Assembly: GCA_038824665.1 (NCBI GenBank)
Contig: JAWBBK010000005.1
Location: 44,642-108,641 of the forward strand
Source: Acidilobaceae archaeon
GTDB taxonomy: Archaea; Thermoproteota; Thermoprotei_A; Sulfolobales; Acidilobaceae
Reading direction: 5' to 3'
Length of the DNA: 64,000 nucleotides
The notes under the pieces were generated by a model. That model was not told where the DNA came from. It searched no databases and was given only the letters and a program-made list of their open reading frames with translations. The position numbers were made by a program, and so were the translations under genes. How positions within the stretch are numbered: the stretch's first letter is position 1; each line of letters begins with the position of its first letter. Below, piece after piece: positions 41,525 through 51,300 of the stretch.

Positions 41525-44500
41525 TTAGCCTTTTTTCGCAAAGACTACGTAGGCAGCAAGAGCTAAGACCGCTAGTGTCAGTATTATGTTAATTAATGCT
41601 AGAGTTCTGACTCCAGCAGCGGCCTCGGCTAATGATGCTACTTCATCGAGTTTGCTCAGTATATCACCTTTAGCTCTGTCGACAGCAGATGTAGCGGCGT
41701 CTCTAGCTTCTCTCACGTCACTCTTTGTAGCTAGACCTCCCACAGCTGTATTAATGGCATCCACTCTAGTGGCTATAGTGTCTACCTTGGTGCTCATAGC
41801 ACCTACTAGTGTTCTTATTTCGCCAGTACGAGTATCTATAGTTGAAAGCGTCGCTCCGATAGCTTCTGTAGTGCTCTTCACGATGCCAACATCGGTCTGG
41901 ATCAATGAAGTTATTGCAAGCAAACTGTCTAGCTTGGAAGAGACAGTCGCTAAGTCAGTTCTAATGAGTGCGGTAGCGGTTCTGAGTTCTGTTGAAATAG
42001 CGTCTAGCTTTGTAGCTAAAGTCGTGAATTGAGCTGAGGTTCTTTCATCGAATGTAGCTAAAGCTTTGGCTAAAGTGTCGAGCCTCATATTGATGTCGTT
42101 TGCAACTTGAGCTAGCTCTGCTAAGGTGTAGGGAGGTACTACGAAGCTGACAATTTCTGATGTTCTCTGAACCGGCGTTAATGTATGTACCTTTACTCCT
42201 ACCGTTACGATAATTGCTGCATTAGTACCTTTGAGTTCCGCTCCTGGAACGAAAACTGCATGGAAGAGTCCAGGCATCCCTGTATAGACGAACTTCAGCT
42301 GAGTTAGCTCTCGATACTCGGTTCCAGTGAAGTATACCACTACGCCCGATAGGTTGTAGTAGTATACGTTATCAGGGACTAAGCCTTCATTGTCTAGTAG
42401 CACTAAAGCCCAAACGTTGACAGGTAGTTCAGCAAACTGGCCTACAGCTGTGGCTATCTTTACCGTAAGCGTCGGCAACTTGGCGATACTGACTTCAAGC
42501 TTGTACCCTACACCAGCGTTTACATCGTATATCTCAACAACGTATAGACCTGGTGTCAGACCTGAAAGCGCTAATGTGTAAGTGAAAGACCCATGTTCGT
42601 TAGTCTCTAAATACTCTGCTAAAACAGGCACCATGTCCCCTGCCCGGGTGACAGTTATATCGATTACGCCCTGAGGACTGAAGCCTAGACCTCTTAAAGT
42701 TAGGTCTAGAGGTATGGGCAAGGAGATCGTTAGCTCTGTTTTGTCTGGATCGTAACCATAAGCTAGCAGGTCAGAGTTAACGAACGTTGCAAAAGTTGAC
42801 CTTATTTGAACTACAGTAACAGACTCATAACCGTTTGCGTATACGTTGTAGGTTCCATAAGGTATCTCGACAGGAGTCTTCACTATCTGCTTCAGATAAC
42901 CTGTGGATAAGAGTGTAGTCGGTATCAGAACATAGTCGTCTAGAGTCACGCTAACGTTCGTTCCCGGTTGGAATCCAAACACCTCAACAGTTCCGATCGT
43001 AACCATATCCTCAGCTAGCCACTCAGTTCCGCTGGGATACTTAGTGACTAGCTCGGATAAGATCAGCTTGGGCGGCTCATTCAACGCTTTTAGAACTACT
43101 ACAGGATTAACGTAGACTCTGATTACGCCATAGGTAGCTACTCCCTCTAGACTGTACGAGTTACCCTCTGTAGCTCCTCTGACCGTGAGTGTGACCGTAG
43201 CTCCTTCATCTATTTCTGCGTCGCCCGGTATTTGAACCACGAGAGCAATGTCTCCAGTCTTGGAACATGTTAGAGGTCCAGCGACCACTATTAGCGGTAT
43301 CTCAGTAGCGTTAACTCTCAGAACGAACTCAAAGCTCTCTATTATGAAGCCATAGCCTCTGATGTAGATGTACTCGCCGGGCACGAACGTCGGGTCTATG
43401 AGGTTTCCGGCGTTGTCAAACGCTTTAGCTATGAAGTAGGGCGTAACTGAGAAGGCCTGAGTAGGATCGAAGAGCGCATAGCCAAGCCACTCGCTATCCA
43501 TCGCTAAAATCAGTACTGTCCTGCCTCCATAAGGTAGTGGCTGTAGCGTTAACGCTATCTGGGCAGAGCCATTGACAACCGTTACATTCATTGGAACCTC
43601 TCCTAGAAGCTGTAGGCTATCCTCTTGAACTACGAAGGTCCTGAAAACAATTATTCTGTTTCCATTAACAAAGTTCCTAAGGTCTAGAGTTACGACATCT
43701 CCTACATTCATTTTATCGACAGGACCAGCAATAGTGGAATCAGTCATTACTATTGAAATTGAAGAGGGATAAATCCTAGTCTCTTCCGCCAACCTCACGC
43801 TGACCTCTGAGACCTCTATAGTGCAGTCTGTTTTCTCTCCTACAGGCTCTCCTCTCACTATGTGGAGCCCAGAGAACGTCCTCTCGCGTGTTATGTCAAC
43901 CTTTACTCCATACTCGGCACAGACTACAGGCACACCCAGAACTGTAGTACAGACCTTGATGTCTTCTAAAGGTAGTCCGAAGTCTGCGAGAGTTCCTTCA
44001 ACGCTGATGTCAGTAGCGGTTCTAGCTATAATCGCGTTGTACAAGAAGTTGCTGTTAGCAGATGTTGTAGTGTTTACATCACCGATCACGCCACTAACAA
44101 AGAACCTCGTGGTCTCGCCTTTCAAAAGTCCGACTTTAAGCGTAGCGCCAGCAGGTTCGTATTCTGATTCTGACGTTACAGCTTTTATCTCTGCAACATC
44201 AACTGTAACCATGAAAGCATTGCTTGTCGTGACCACAGGAAGGTTCACTTCAAGCTGAGATAGGTCTCTGTAGATCAGGCTTACGAGTTTAGAGGGGTCT
44301 TTAGTTATGTAAACTCTGGTAGTAGAGACTATGGCGTCTGCTCCTATAACTGGAGCTCCAGCGACCTTTAGCCAATAACTTCCCTCAGGAACATAGCTAG
44401 GTACTAGAAGGCTACCGAATATCAGAGAAGAACCGCCTACGACTATTTCAGCTATTTTGATGTCTCCTTCTGTTATCACGGAGTATCCATTAGTACTTAA

Positions 44501-44707
44501 GAAGAACACTAGCTGAGAAGCGACGACAACAGGATGTCCAGCTATAGGAATAGCGGTTCTGTTCAGATAGAAGTATATCTCGTTGCCTGGCATAGTGAGC
44601 ACTGTATATACCTCTAGCGCTCCTGTTTGTGCCGAAACGATTGTAGGCGCTAGCGAGATCGCCAATAGAGCCAATAGGATAATAAATGAGGCTACTCTGA
44701 TGTTCAA
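41525..44707 (-). CDS. S-layer-like surface protein with coiled-coil stalk and C-terminal membrane anchor
   Basis: Signal peptide, about 850 aa beta-rich region with NxS/T sequons, about 170 aa heptad stalk, TM helix and KKG end. Confidence 0.75.
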   Translation of the reverse strand: MNIRVASFIILLALLAISLAPTIVSAQTGALEVYTVLTMPGNEIYFYLNRTAIPIAGHPVVVASQLVFFLSTNGYSVITEGDIKIAEIVVGGSSLIFGSLLVPSYVPEGSYWLKVAGAPVIGADAIVSTTRVYITKDPSKLVSLIYRDLSQLEVNLPVVTTSNAFMVTVDVAEIKAVTSESEYEPAGATLKVGLLKGETTRFFVSGVIGDVNTTTSANSNFLYNAIIARTATDISVEGTLADFGLPLEDIKVCTTVLGVPVVCAEYGVKVDITRERTFSGLHIVRGEPVGEKTDCTIEVSEVSVRLAEETRIYPSSISIVMTDSTIAGPVDKMNVGDVVTLDLRNFVNGNRIIVFRTFVVQEDSLQLLGEVPMNVTVVNGSAQIALTLQPLPYGGRTVLILAMDSEWLGYALFDPTQAFSVTPYFIAKAFDNAGNLIDPTFVPGEYIYIRGYGFIIESFEFVLRVNATEIPLIVVAGPLTCSKTGDIALVVQIPGDAEIDEGATVTLTVRGATEGNSYSLEGVATYGVIRVYVNPVVVLKALNEPPKLILSELVTKYPSGTEWLAEDMVTIGTVEVFGFQPGTNVSVTLDDYVLIPTTLLSTGYLKQIVKTPVEIPYGTYNVYANGYESVTVVQIRSTFATFVNSDLLAYGYDPDKTELTISLPIPLDLTLRGLGFSPQGVIDITVTRAGDMVPVLAEYLETNEHGSFTYTLALSGLTPGLYVVEIYDVNAGVGYKLEVSIAKLPTLTVKIATAVGQFAELPVNVWALVLLDNEGLVPDNVYYYNLSGVVVYFTGTEYRELTQLKFVYTGMPGLFHAVFVPGAELKGTNAAIIVTVGVKVHTLTPVQRTSEIVSFVVPPYTLAELAQVANDINMRLDTLAKALATFDERTSAQFTTLATKLDAISTELRTATALIRTDLATVSSKLDSLLAITSLIQTDVGIVKSTTEAIGATLSTIDTRTGEIRTLVGAMSTKVDTIATRVDAINTAVGGLATKSDVREARDAATSAVDRAKGDILSKLDEVASLAEAAAGVRTLALINIILTLAVLALAAYVVFAKKG

Positions 44708-44803
44708 CTCCGAAACACCTTAGTCGCTTCCTAAGACGATAGGCTAGAGTTTTTAGGAGTTCTGACTCCTGAGCTATTCTTTAACTCCCCGGTTAAATCG
44801 TGC

Positions 44804-46672
44804 CTAGGAAACCCAGACCAAAAGGCTTTCGTGAAGGAGGGCTCTTGTGGTCGCTGTAGCTATATAGTACGACTGAGGTTTAGAGGGCTCTTTTAGCGTT
44901 TTCCCATAAATGCCTCCTAGCACGTACACAGTCAGCGAGTCCCAGACAATCTGCGCTGAAACCCAATGAGAGGGAAGGTTAGTCAAAGCTGGAACTCCAT
45001 ATACAGTTGTCACATAGCCTCTTTGTGGTTCCCAGAAGTCTGCAGAGATGAATAAAGACCCTGAAGACGCAGGGAAGACCACTAGAGCTCTCTCGCCGTT
45101 TGAAAACCTCAGCTCCGCTATGTGAGGAAGAGACCAAGGTGATGGTAGAAGGTCTTCTGAGCTATGACCGCTAGTGCTCCAGTGAAGACAGCCAGAACCA
45201 GAATAGTATTGTTTATAGCATTTTACGCTCATGTTTATAGCTCTGAGAGCTTGACCAACCTTAGGCCAAGCCTTTATCTCAAAGACCCCAATAGGACTCC
45301 ACGCATATGTCCATTTGTTGGAGAGCTCTCTATAAGAACAAGAGTCTATAGAGTAACAGACTCCAAGCCATAGGTGTTGTTTTATTGATGATCTCATCAC
45401 TTCGTCTATTGATATAGTCAGATAATCGTATCCGCTAGACCCAGAGTAGACCGAAGTAGCGGTCCTGACGCTAAGAGTCTCAACTCCTTCAACTCTGACT
45501 TTAGCGGGCTTTAGGGAATATAGCACAACCTCTTCTATTGTTATGTTAACTCTGAGCTTAGGAGGTCTGAAAGACTTAGCGAAACCGTTGTAAAAGATGT
45601 AGATAGGACCGCTGGTCTCGTAAGCGCCTCGAGCCCATCCCTCTACAGTAAACAGATATCCTCCTGAACTGAGTTCTGTGTTTATACATGTCGTATTGAA
45701 ACTTTGACTCCCTCCAGGAGAGTAAGCTAGGACTAGGATATTTGCGCCATCTGAACCTCCCCACAATAAGTATGGGCTACTAACGTAAGATGTAAAGCGG
45801 TCTAAAACTATCTCTGCTGAGCCTCTATAGAGCGCTGGTTCAGATGTTAAGAGTTCTATCCAAACGTGTTGTGTCACATAGTGTTCTGACCTAACGACGA
45901 TCTGCATTCTGGCTACTATACGAAGAATGCGACCACCACCTAGGTCTATAGCCGCTATCTCTAGAGAGCCAGAACTAGATTTCCGCATCCCGCCGGACGT
46001 TGTATACACCGCTATGTAACTTCCTGAAAAGTAAAGAGTAAAGGATAGAGAGATCCGTGGACGCAAGACTTCAGATATAGAGGCATTAGGTGCAAGCGCT
46101 TCAAACACAGGTAGAGAGCTCATAGGGTCTGTTCTAACGGATGTATGCCCAAAGATCTTAGCACCGTTTAGGAGGTGTGTGCGTAAAGCATTAGTGGAAT
46201 TAGAGCGTAAATTGCATGAATACCACCCATCCCACATCGGTGGAACTCTCCCCAACCTAGGGTCTCTTTCTGGATGCCACGAAACAACTCTGCCTCCCTC
46301 TAAAACTAGGAACACCCTCACTTTCTCACAGCTATAATTTTCAAGAAGAAGGAATCTCTCATAGCTCTCTACATCTTCCTTCATCTGTTTCACTAAGACT
46401 TGAGAGTTCTCGTAGATTACTAGAGCGTACTCTACCCTTACAGGAGAGTTTGTGTAAACTTCAAGAACAAGTGAGCCTTCGTCAGAAAACAGACTTAAGA
46501 CTGGAGGGCTGAGCGACTCGTATATGTTCTGCGAGACCTCTGAAGCAGTTCTCCTCGCCTCCTCAACTAAGCTGGAGTAGAGACTGAGCGAGAGGACTAT
46601 CATAGAAGACAGGATCACAGATAGGAGAAGCACTACTAGGAGCTCGCTGAGACCTCTCTTCAAGTTCGTCAC
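44804..46672 (-). CDS. Large pilin-like/adhesin protein with class III signal peptide
   Basis: MTNLKRG|LSELLVVLLL N-terminus followed by a Ser/Tyr-rich beta region. Confidence 0.6.
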   Translation of the reverse strand: MTNLKRGLSELLVVLLLSVILSSMIVLSLSLYSSLVEEARRTASEVSQNIYESLSPPVLSLFSDEGSLVLEVYTNSPVRVEYALVIYENSQVLVKQMKEDVESYERFLLLENYSCEKVRVFLVLEGGRVVSWHPERDPRLGRVPPMWDGWYSCNLRSNSTNALRTHLLNGAKIFGHTSVRTDPMSSLPVFEALAPNASISEVLRPRISLSFTLYFSGSYIAVYTTSGGMRKSSSGSLEIAAIDLGGGRILRIVARMQIVVRSEHYVTQHVWIELLTSEPALYRGSAEIVLDRFTSYVSSPYLLWGGSDGANILVLAYSPGGSQSFNTTCINTELSSGGYLFTVEGWARGAYETSGPIYIFYNGFAKSFRPPKLRVNITIEEVVLYSLKPAKVRVEGVETLSVRTATSVYSGSSGYDYLTISIDEVMRSSIKQHLWLGVCYSIDSCSYRELSNKWTYAWSPIGVFEIKAWPKVGQALRAINMSVKCYKQYYSGSGCLHWSTSGHSSEDLLPSPWSLPHIAELRFSNGERALVVFPASSGSLFISADFWEPQRGYVTTVYGVPALTNLPSHWVSAQIVWDSLTVYVLGGIYGKTLKEPSKPQSYYIATATTRALLHESLLVWVS

Positions 46673-46813
46673 CCATTTCGTATAAGCTCAAAGACTGAGA
46701 GAGGGTAACGAAAGACAGGCTGAAAGTCCGGAGATTCTCCGACTTCTTGAGACCCCTTAAAAGACCATTAATAGCTCTCAAAACGCAAGACCAAGAGTAA
46801 GGTAGAAGCGAAG

Positions 46814-47869
46814 TTGAACATCATACCGGAGAGGCTGTTACAAGAGTTTGAGAAAATAATAAGGAGTTCGCGTCTCGTTGGAGTCGCCACACATTCTAAC
46901 GCAGACCCTGATGCTCTGGCTTCGCTCTTCTTAGCCTTAAGAGTTGTCTCACATTTAGGAACTAGAGCTTGCTTTATAATTCCAGAAGGGCTATCTAAAA
47001 CCTCAAAAAAAGTGCTCTCTGAGCTCTCTCTAAAGCTCGAAGACGAGTGTAAAGAGACCGGTAGTCTAGACGTATGTATAACTGTTGATGTCTCTAATCC
47101 GGCTCAGCTAGGAGATAAAGCTCCTCTCTGTCTATCCGCTGAGAAGCTCGTAGTGATCGACCATCATAGCGAGGGAGAGCTAGTCAAAAACGCCCACATA
47201 GCTATGGTATATGGAGACATTCCTTCAACCACGGAGATCTTGGTGGAGGCTTGTTTGAGGCTTGGAGTCCCCCTAGATAAGGAGCTAGCTGAACTCGCTC
47301 TTGCTGGGATCTTGTACGATAGTAGGAGATTCGCTATAGCTACTAAGCATTCTTTTTTGACTGTAGCGACGCTTTTAGATATAGGATGTGATTACAAGAG
47401 AGTAGTCGAGCTTCTAACTCCCGAAAAAAGCTGGACTGAGGAACTCTCTGAAAGAATAGCTGTGTTGAAAGCTCTCTCTAGACTCGAGATTAGGAAAGCT
47501 TGTGTAGACCTCATAATAGCGTCTACGTATATAGGCTCTCACGAATCCCTCGTAGCTAAAAAGCTTCTAGAGCTAGGGACAGACGTCGCTCTAATCGTAG
47601 TTGAAAGAGATGAGGTCAAGAGAGTCTCCGTTAGAGTCTCTAAGAGAGCTCTATCTAAAGGGATCTCAGCACCGAGTCTCGCTTCTTTCATAGCTAGCAA
47701 ATTTGGAGGAGAGGGAGGAGGTCACGAGAGTGTCGCTATGGCTCATATCAAGAGTTCCAAAAACGCTGAAGAGATAGTCAGAGAGTTAATCGAAAGCCTC
47801 TCCGGTAAGATAGGTAGAGTATGTGAGGGAACGAGATTTGTCAGAGAGAAAGCCGAGAGTTTACGCTGA
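46814..47869 (+). CDS. DHH/DHHA1 family phosphoesterase
   Basis: HSNADPDA, TVD, IDHH and GGGH motifs. Confidence 0.9.
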   Translation: MNIIPERLLQEFEKIIRSSRLVGVATHSNADPDALASLFLALRVVSHLGTRACFIIPEGLSKTSKKVLSELSLKLEDECKETGSLDVCITVDVSNPAQLGDKAPLCLSAEKLVVIDHHSEGELVKNAHIAMVYGDIPSTTEILVEACLRLGVPLDKELAELALAGILYDSRRFAIATKHSFLTVATLLDIGCDYKRVVELLTPEKSWTEELSERIAVLKALSRLEIRKACVDLIIASTYIGSHESLVAKKLLELGTDVALIVVERDEVKRVSVRVSKRALSKGISAPSLASFIASKFGGEGGGHESVAMAHIKSSKNAEEIVRELIESLSGKIGRVCEGTRFVREKAESLR

Positions 47870-48539
47870 CTATCGCGAAGAACCTAGTGGAATACCGGCG
47901 CTTTTAGAATCTCTAGGAACAATAGTCTTCAGAACGAGCCTAAAGATAGGAGATTATGTGCTACCGGGTGGGCTAGTGATTGAGAGAAAGACTGTGATGG
48001 ATTTCATGAACTCCCTCTTTGACGGAAGGCTTTTTGAGCAAGCCTCTAGACTTTCAGAGTCCTACGAGACGATAATCTACATAATAGAAGGAGACGTGAG
48101 AGACTTCAGGCTTTTCCAAAACAGATTGAAGCAAGTCTTCGGCGCTATGGCTACTTTAATTTTAGATTTTGACGCTCGTTTGCTTTTCAGCTCTAGCGCA
48201 AGAGAAACTGCATATCTGATAGAAGCCTTAGCTAGAAGAGCTTCTGAGGAGAGAGAGACTAAAGCAACGGTCGTTCACAAGAAGCCTAAGCTTTCCTCTA
48301 TTAGAGACTGGCAACTCTACATAGTTGGATCGCTTCCAGGAATAGGTCCGAGGTTGGCTGAACGACTGCTCGAGCAGTTCAAAACCGTTGAAGGAGTTTT
48401 CACAGCGAGCTTAGCAGAACTTCAAAGAGTTGTCGGAGAGAGCAGAGCAGAGAAGATCAAAACCGTCTTAAAGGCTCCTTACGATAAGTTTGAGAAAAAG
48501 TCTCTAGATCTTACAGACTTCCTGGAAGGCGAGGATTGA
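47823..48539 (+). CDS. xpf: Crenarchaeal XPF/ERCC4 structure-specific nuclease
   Basis: D.RE, GDY, ERKT..DF..S..DGRLFEQ motifs and HhH LPGIG. Confidence 0.92.
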   Translation: MRERDLSERKPRVYADYREEPSGIPALLESLGTIVFRTSLKIGDYVLPGGLVIERKTVMDFMNSLFDGRLFEQASRLSESYETIIYIIEGDVRDFRLFQNRLKQVFGAMATLILDFDARLLFSSSARETAYLIEALARRASEERETKATVVHKKPKLSSIRDWQLYIVGSLPGIGPRLAERLLEQFKTVEGVFTASLAELQRVVGESRAEKIKTVLKAPYDKFEKKSLDLTDFLEGED

Positions 48540-48768
48540 GTTCTCGTAGAGCTGAGTACATAGCGTAAACTAGATAGGTGTATGAATTGAAAACTGCTCT
48601 CACCTTGCTGAAGTCTTTAGCCTCAAATCTTAAGCATACACAATCATTCTCGACCGAGACCTCGATCTTTGCCTTAGAGGGAGCGGGCTGATTCACTTCA
48701 GCCAGGAGGCTTTCATAAAGAGGCTTAGCGTAATCTCTTACGCACAGCCTCATCTCTACTCTTATCAA
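48511..48768 (-). CDS. pcc1: KEOPS subunit Pcc1
   Basis: Size and EAKDFSKVRAVFNSY motif; lies next to prefoldin beta. Confidence 0.75.
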   Translation of the reverse strand: MIRVEMRLCVRDYAKPLYESLLAEVNQPAPSKAKIEVSVENDCVCLRFEAKDFSKVRAVFNSYTYLVYAMYSALRELNPRLPGSL

Positions 48769-49054
48769 TAGGGCTCAACCTCGCTCTTTCTTCAAAGACT
48801 TTAAACGCTATCTCCAAAGATTCTTCTAAGACGCTTTCTAGAGCTTCTCTAGAGGTAGTCAGACCTTCAGCTTGTATCGCAGCCTCTAAGACTTTAGTTC
48901 CCTCTTTCCTTTCAAGCTTCAATATCAAGTATACTCTGCTTGACCTTGACCCCAAGACCTTTTCTAAATGTCTTCTTGCTTGTTTTTCTGCCTCTAGGAG
49001 AGCCTCTATAAACAGTTCTTCTTCTTTATCCTCCTGTAGCCGCTGTTCTGCCAC
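48725..49054 (-). CDS. Hypothetical protein (DUF3194-like)
   Basis: Acidic small protein between prefoldin beta and pcc1. Confidence 0.55.
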   Translation of the reverse strand: MAEQRLQEDKEEELFIEALLEAEKQARRHLEKVLGSRSSRVYLILKLERKEGTKVLEAAIQAEGLTTSREALESVLEESLEIAFKVFEERARLSPIDKSRDEAVRKRLR

Positions 49055-49391
49055 CTAACAACGACCTCAACTCTCCAGCCAACCTGTCGACCTCTTTTTT
49101 CAAATACTCCTCTTGGGTCTTTACAGCCTTTAACCTTATCTCAAGCTCTTCTTTTTTGTTTTTCAGCTCGTCTACAAGAACGTTTTTACTAGTCCGTACC
49201 ATAATGTGACCTACGATTTTGTATAGCTCCACATCGTCCGGTAGCTCGGAAACTCTGCTGAGGACTTCGTCGAGCTCAGAGATCGTTGCTTCTAAAAGAG
49301 ATCTCTCTTGAGCTACAGTAGCTAGAGTGTCTTGGAGCTTGACATACTTAGTGTATTTAGCTTCGACCTCCGGAGGTAGCCTCTCAACCAT
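49026..49391 (-). CDS. pfdB: Prefoldin beta subunit
   Basis: LPPEV, coiled coils flanking the LYKIVGHIMV hairpin. Confidence 0.9.
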   Translation of the reverse strand: MVERLPPEVEAKYTKYVKLQDTLATVAQERSLLEATISELDEVLSRVSELPDDVELYKIVGHIMVRTSKNVLVDELKNKKEELEIRLKAVKTQEEYLKKEVDRLAGELRSLLGGRTAATGG

Positions 49392-49461
49392 AACTCAGCG
49401 ACCCCCTAAGACCCTCTCGCTACACCTTTAATAAAGTTATTCTCTGCTATTGATTCTACAA

Positions 49462-49787
49462 GAGAGGCCGCAGCCATAACCCGCCTTCAGTACTTTCGGC
49501 GGCATTTGACTCGGCGGCTTCTCGGAGAGGCTCGCGCGCCTCTCATAGCCTCTCCGCCTTGCTCACCCGGGGTCGGCCGTTTCACCGCATCTCTCAGCTT
49601 CCATCCGCTGGTTTCTGTCCTCTCGTTGCCGAGAGGACCTCGCAGCATCATCGACATCGCTGAGAGCCGTTTCGTTTCTGTGCCGTTGCCGCGGGTATCA
49701 CCCGCACCCCTTACGGGGTCCGGGGGCGCGGTGAGGGCGGTGTGTCCTCAGGCTCTTCAGCCCGTGAGCCGCCGGCTGCGGCCTCCT
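49462..49787 (-). ncRNA. rnpB: RNase P RNA (type A-like) with a deviant P4
   Basis: P1 GAGGCCGCAGCC/GGCTGCGGCCTC, CR-II CACAGAAAC, CR-III GGTGAAACGGC, GAGCAAG, and CR-V ACTGAAGGCGGGTTA pairing with CCGCC of CR-I. Confidence 0.88.
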
Positions 49788-50092
49788 TTGTCATAAGAGC
49801 TCTAGAAACTTATTATAGCTATGTTCGTTCTCTGAGCGTTCATCTACGTCTTGAACTCTTCGCCTAGTCAGCACAAGCTCTAACGCTTATGCGAATTCAA
49901 GGTGATAGGGAAAACCCAACAGCACGAAGTTCCTGTCAACTTCAGTTCAACTTCAGTCTCGAACGACTTTCTTCCATAGTTCTAAAGGCTCAGCTCGAAA
50001 CAAAGTTAGATATAAAGTTTATAAGTATCCTCTCAAAGCGACAAAAAAGAAAACAGACCGCTAACGGAACTCTATAGTTGTAGGGGTCGGAA

Positions 50093-51280
50093 ATGAAAAG
50101 AATCCAACTCGCGTTGGCTACGTTTCTATTAGTCGTTCTAATCTTAAACTCCGCCCTTTTAGTTCGCCCTCAAGAAAGAACCCTGAGGATCTTCAACTAC
50201 AGTCAGTACATAGATCCTGAGGTACTGAGCATATTTGAGAAAGAAACTGGAATAAAGGTAATTTATGATGAGTATGAAGCAGCAGAAGAAGCCTGGGCTA
50301 AACTCCTTGCTGGAGGAGGAGGTTATGACCTAATAATATTAGCTCATACCCATCTGAAGCTGGCTATAGACAAAGGGCTTGTAAGACCACTCGATAAGAC
50401 TCTGATACCCAATCTCGCCTACATAGACCCAAGGCTAAAAGGTTACCCTGCCGACCCGAACATGGACTACTCCGTTCCCTATGGTTGGGGCGCAACCATA
50501 ATAGCTTACGCTAAAGACTGTGTCAGTGACCCGCCTAGAAGCTGGAGAGAGTTCCTCAGTTCTAATTATTTGAGCAAATACTCAGGAAAAGCTACGTTAC
50601 TTTCAGAAGGGACTGACGTGGTAGAAGCAACGCTAATAGCTTTGGGCTACAACATAAACGACGAAAAGTCTTGGTCTAAGGAGGTAATAGATAAAGTCAT
50701 AGAGCACTTAAAGAGCATAAGAAAATATCTCAGAGGGTTCTGGGGCTTTTCGGAGTTCTCTCAAGCTCTGCTCCAAAGAGAGATATGTCTAGCTCAAGCG
50801 TGGTCTGGTGACGTTCTGTTTTTGATGAATGAAGATGAAAATATAGATTATGTGATCCCAGAAGACGGTCTATATGTATGGATAGACTTCATGTTGATAC
50901 CTAAAGACGCCAAAAACGTAAAGGAGGCCCATATGTTCATTAACTTCATCTTAAGACCAGACATAGCTGCTAGAAACGCAAAGTTTACGTACTACCCACC
51001 TCCTTTAGCTAAAGATGTTCTCAGAGAGTACGCTATTAAGACAAAAGACAACGAACTTCTCGCTCTTATTGACTCGGGACTCCTCTACCTAGAAGGCTAC
51101 AATTTCATCTTGAGTCCCTATCTAGATGAAAACAAACTAGAAGCTGTAAGTAGAGTAATGATAGAAGTCCAAGCAGCAAGACCTATAGCTCTTTATCTGG
51201 TCTTGACTTTAATCGTCTTGGCGGTTCTAACCACAGGAGCTTTAATCCTAAAGAGGCGCACACGAGTTAGTCAACGATAG
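50093..51280 (+). CDS. potD: Spermidine/putrescine ABC substrate-binding protein
   Basis: IFNYSQYIDP..FEKETGIKV.YD, YSVPYGWG, AWSGD and WIDF motifs; C-terminal TM anchor. Confidence 0.88.
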   Translation: MKRIQLALATFLLVVLILNSALLVRPQERTLRIFNYSQYIDPEVLSIFEKETGIKVIYDEYEAAEEAWAKLLAGGGGYDLIILAHTHLKLAIDKGLVRPLDKTLIPNLAYIDPRLKGYPADPNMDYSVPYGWGATIIAYAKDCVSDPPRSWREFLSSNYLSKYSGKATLLSEGTDVVEATLIALGYNINDEKSWSKEVIDKVIEHLKSIRKYLRGFWGFSEFSQALLQREICLAQAWSGDVLFLMNEDENIDYVIPEDGLYVWIDFMLIPKDAKNVKEAHMFINFILRPDIAARNAKFTYYPPPLAKDVLREYAIKTKDNELLALIDSGLLYLEGYNFILSPYLDENKLEAVSRVMIEVQAARPIALYLVLTLIVLAVLTTGALILKRRTRVSQR

Positions 51281-51300
51281 GGGACAGAGGAGACCCTGAG

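Noticed and set aside
49506-49796. 96-aa plus-strand ORF
   Set aside because: Antisense shadow of the GC-rich RNase P RNA
49936-49957. 11-bp tandem duplication TCAACTTCAGT and ORF 49889-50077
   Set aside because: No recognisable protein in any frame with or without the duplication; probably slippage in intergenic DNA
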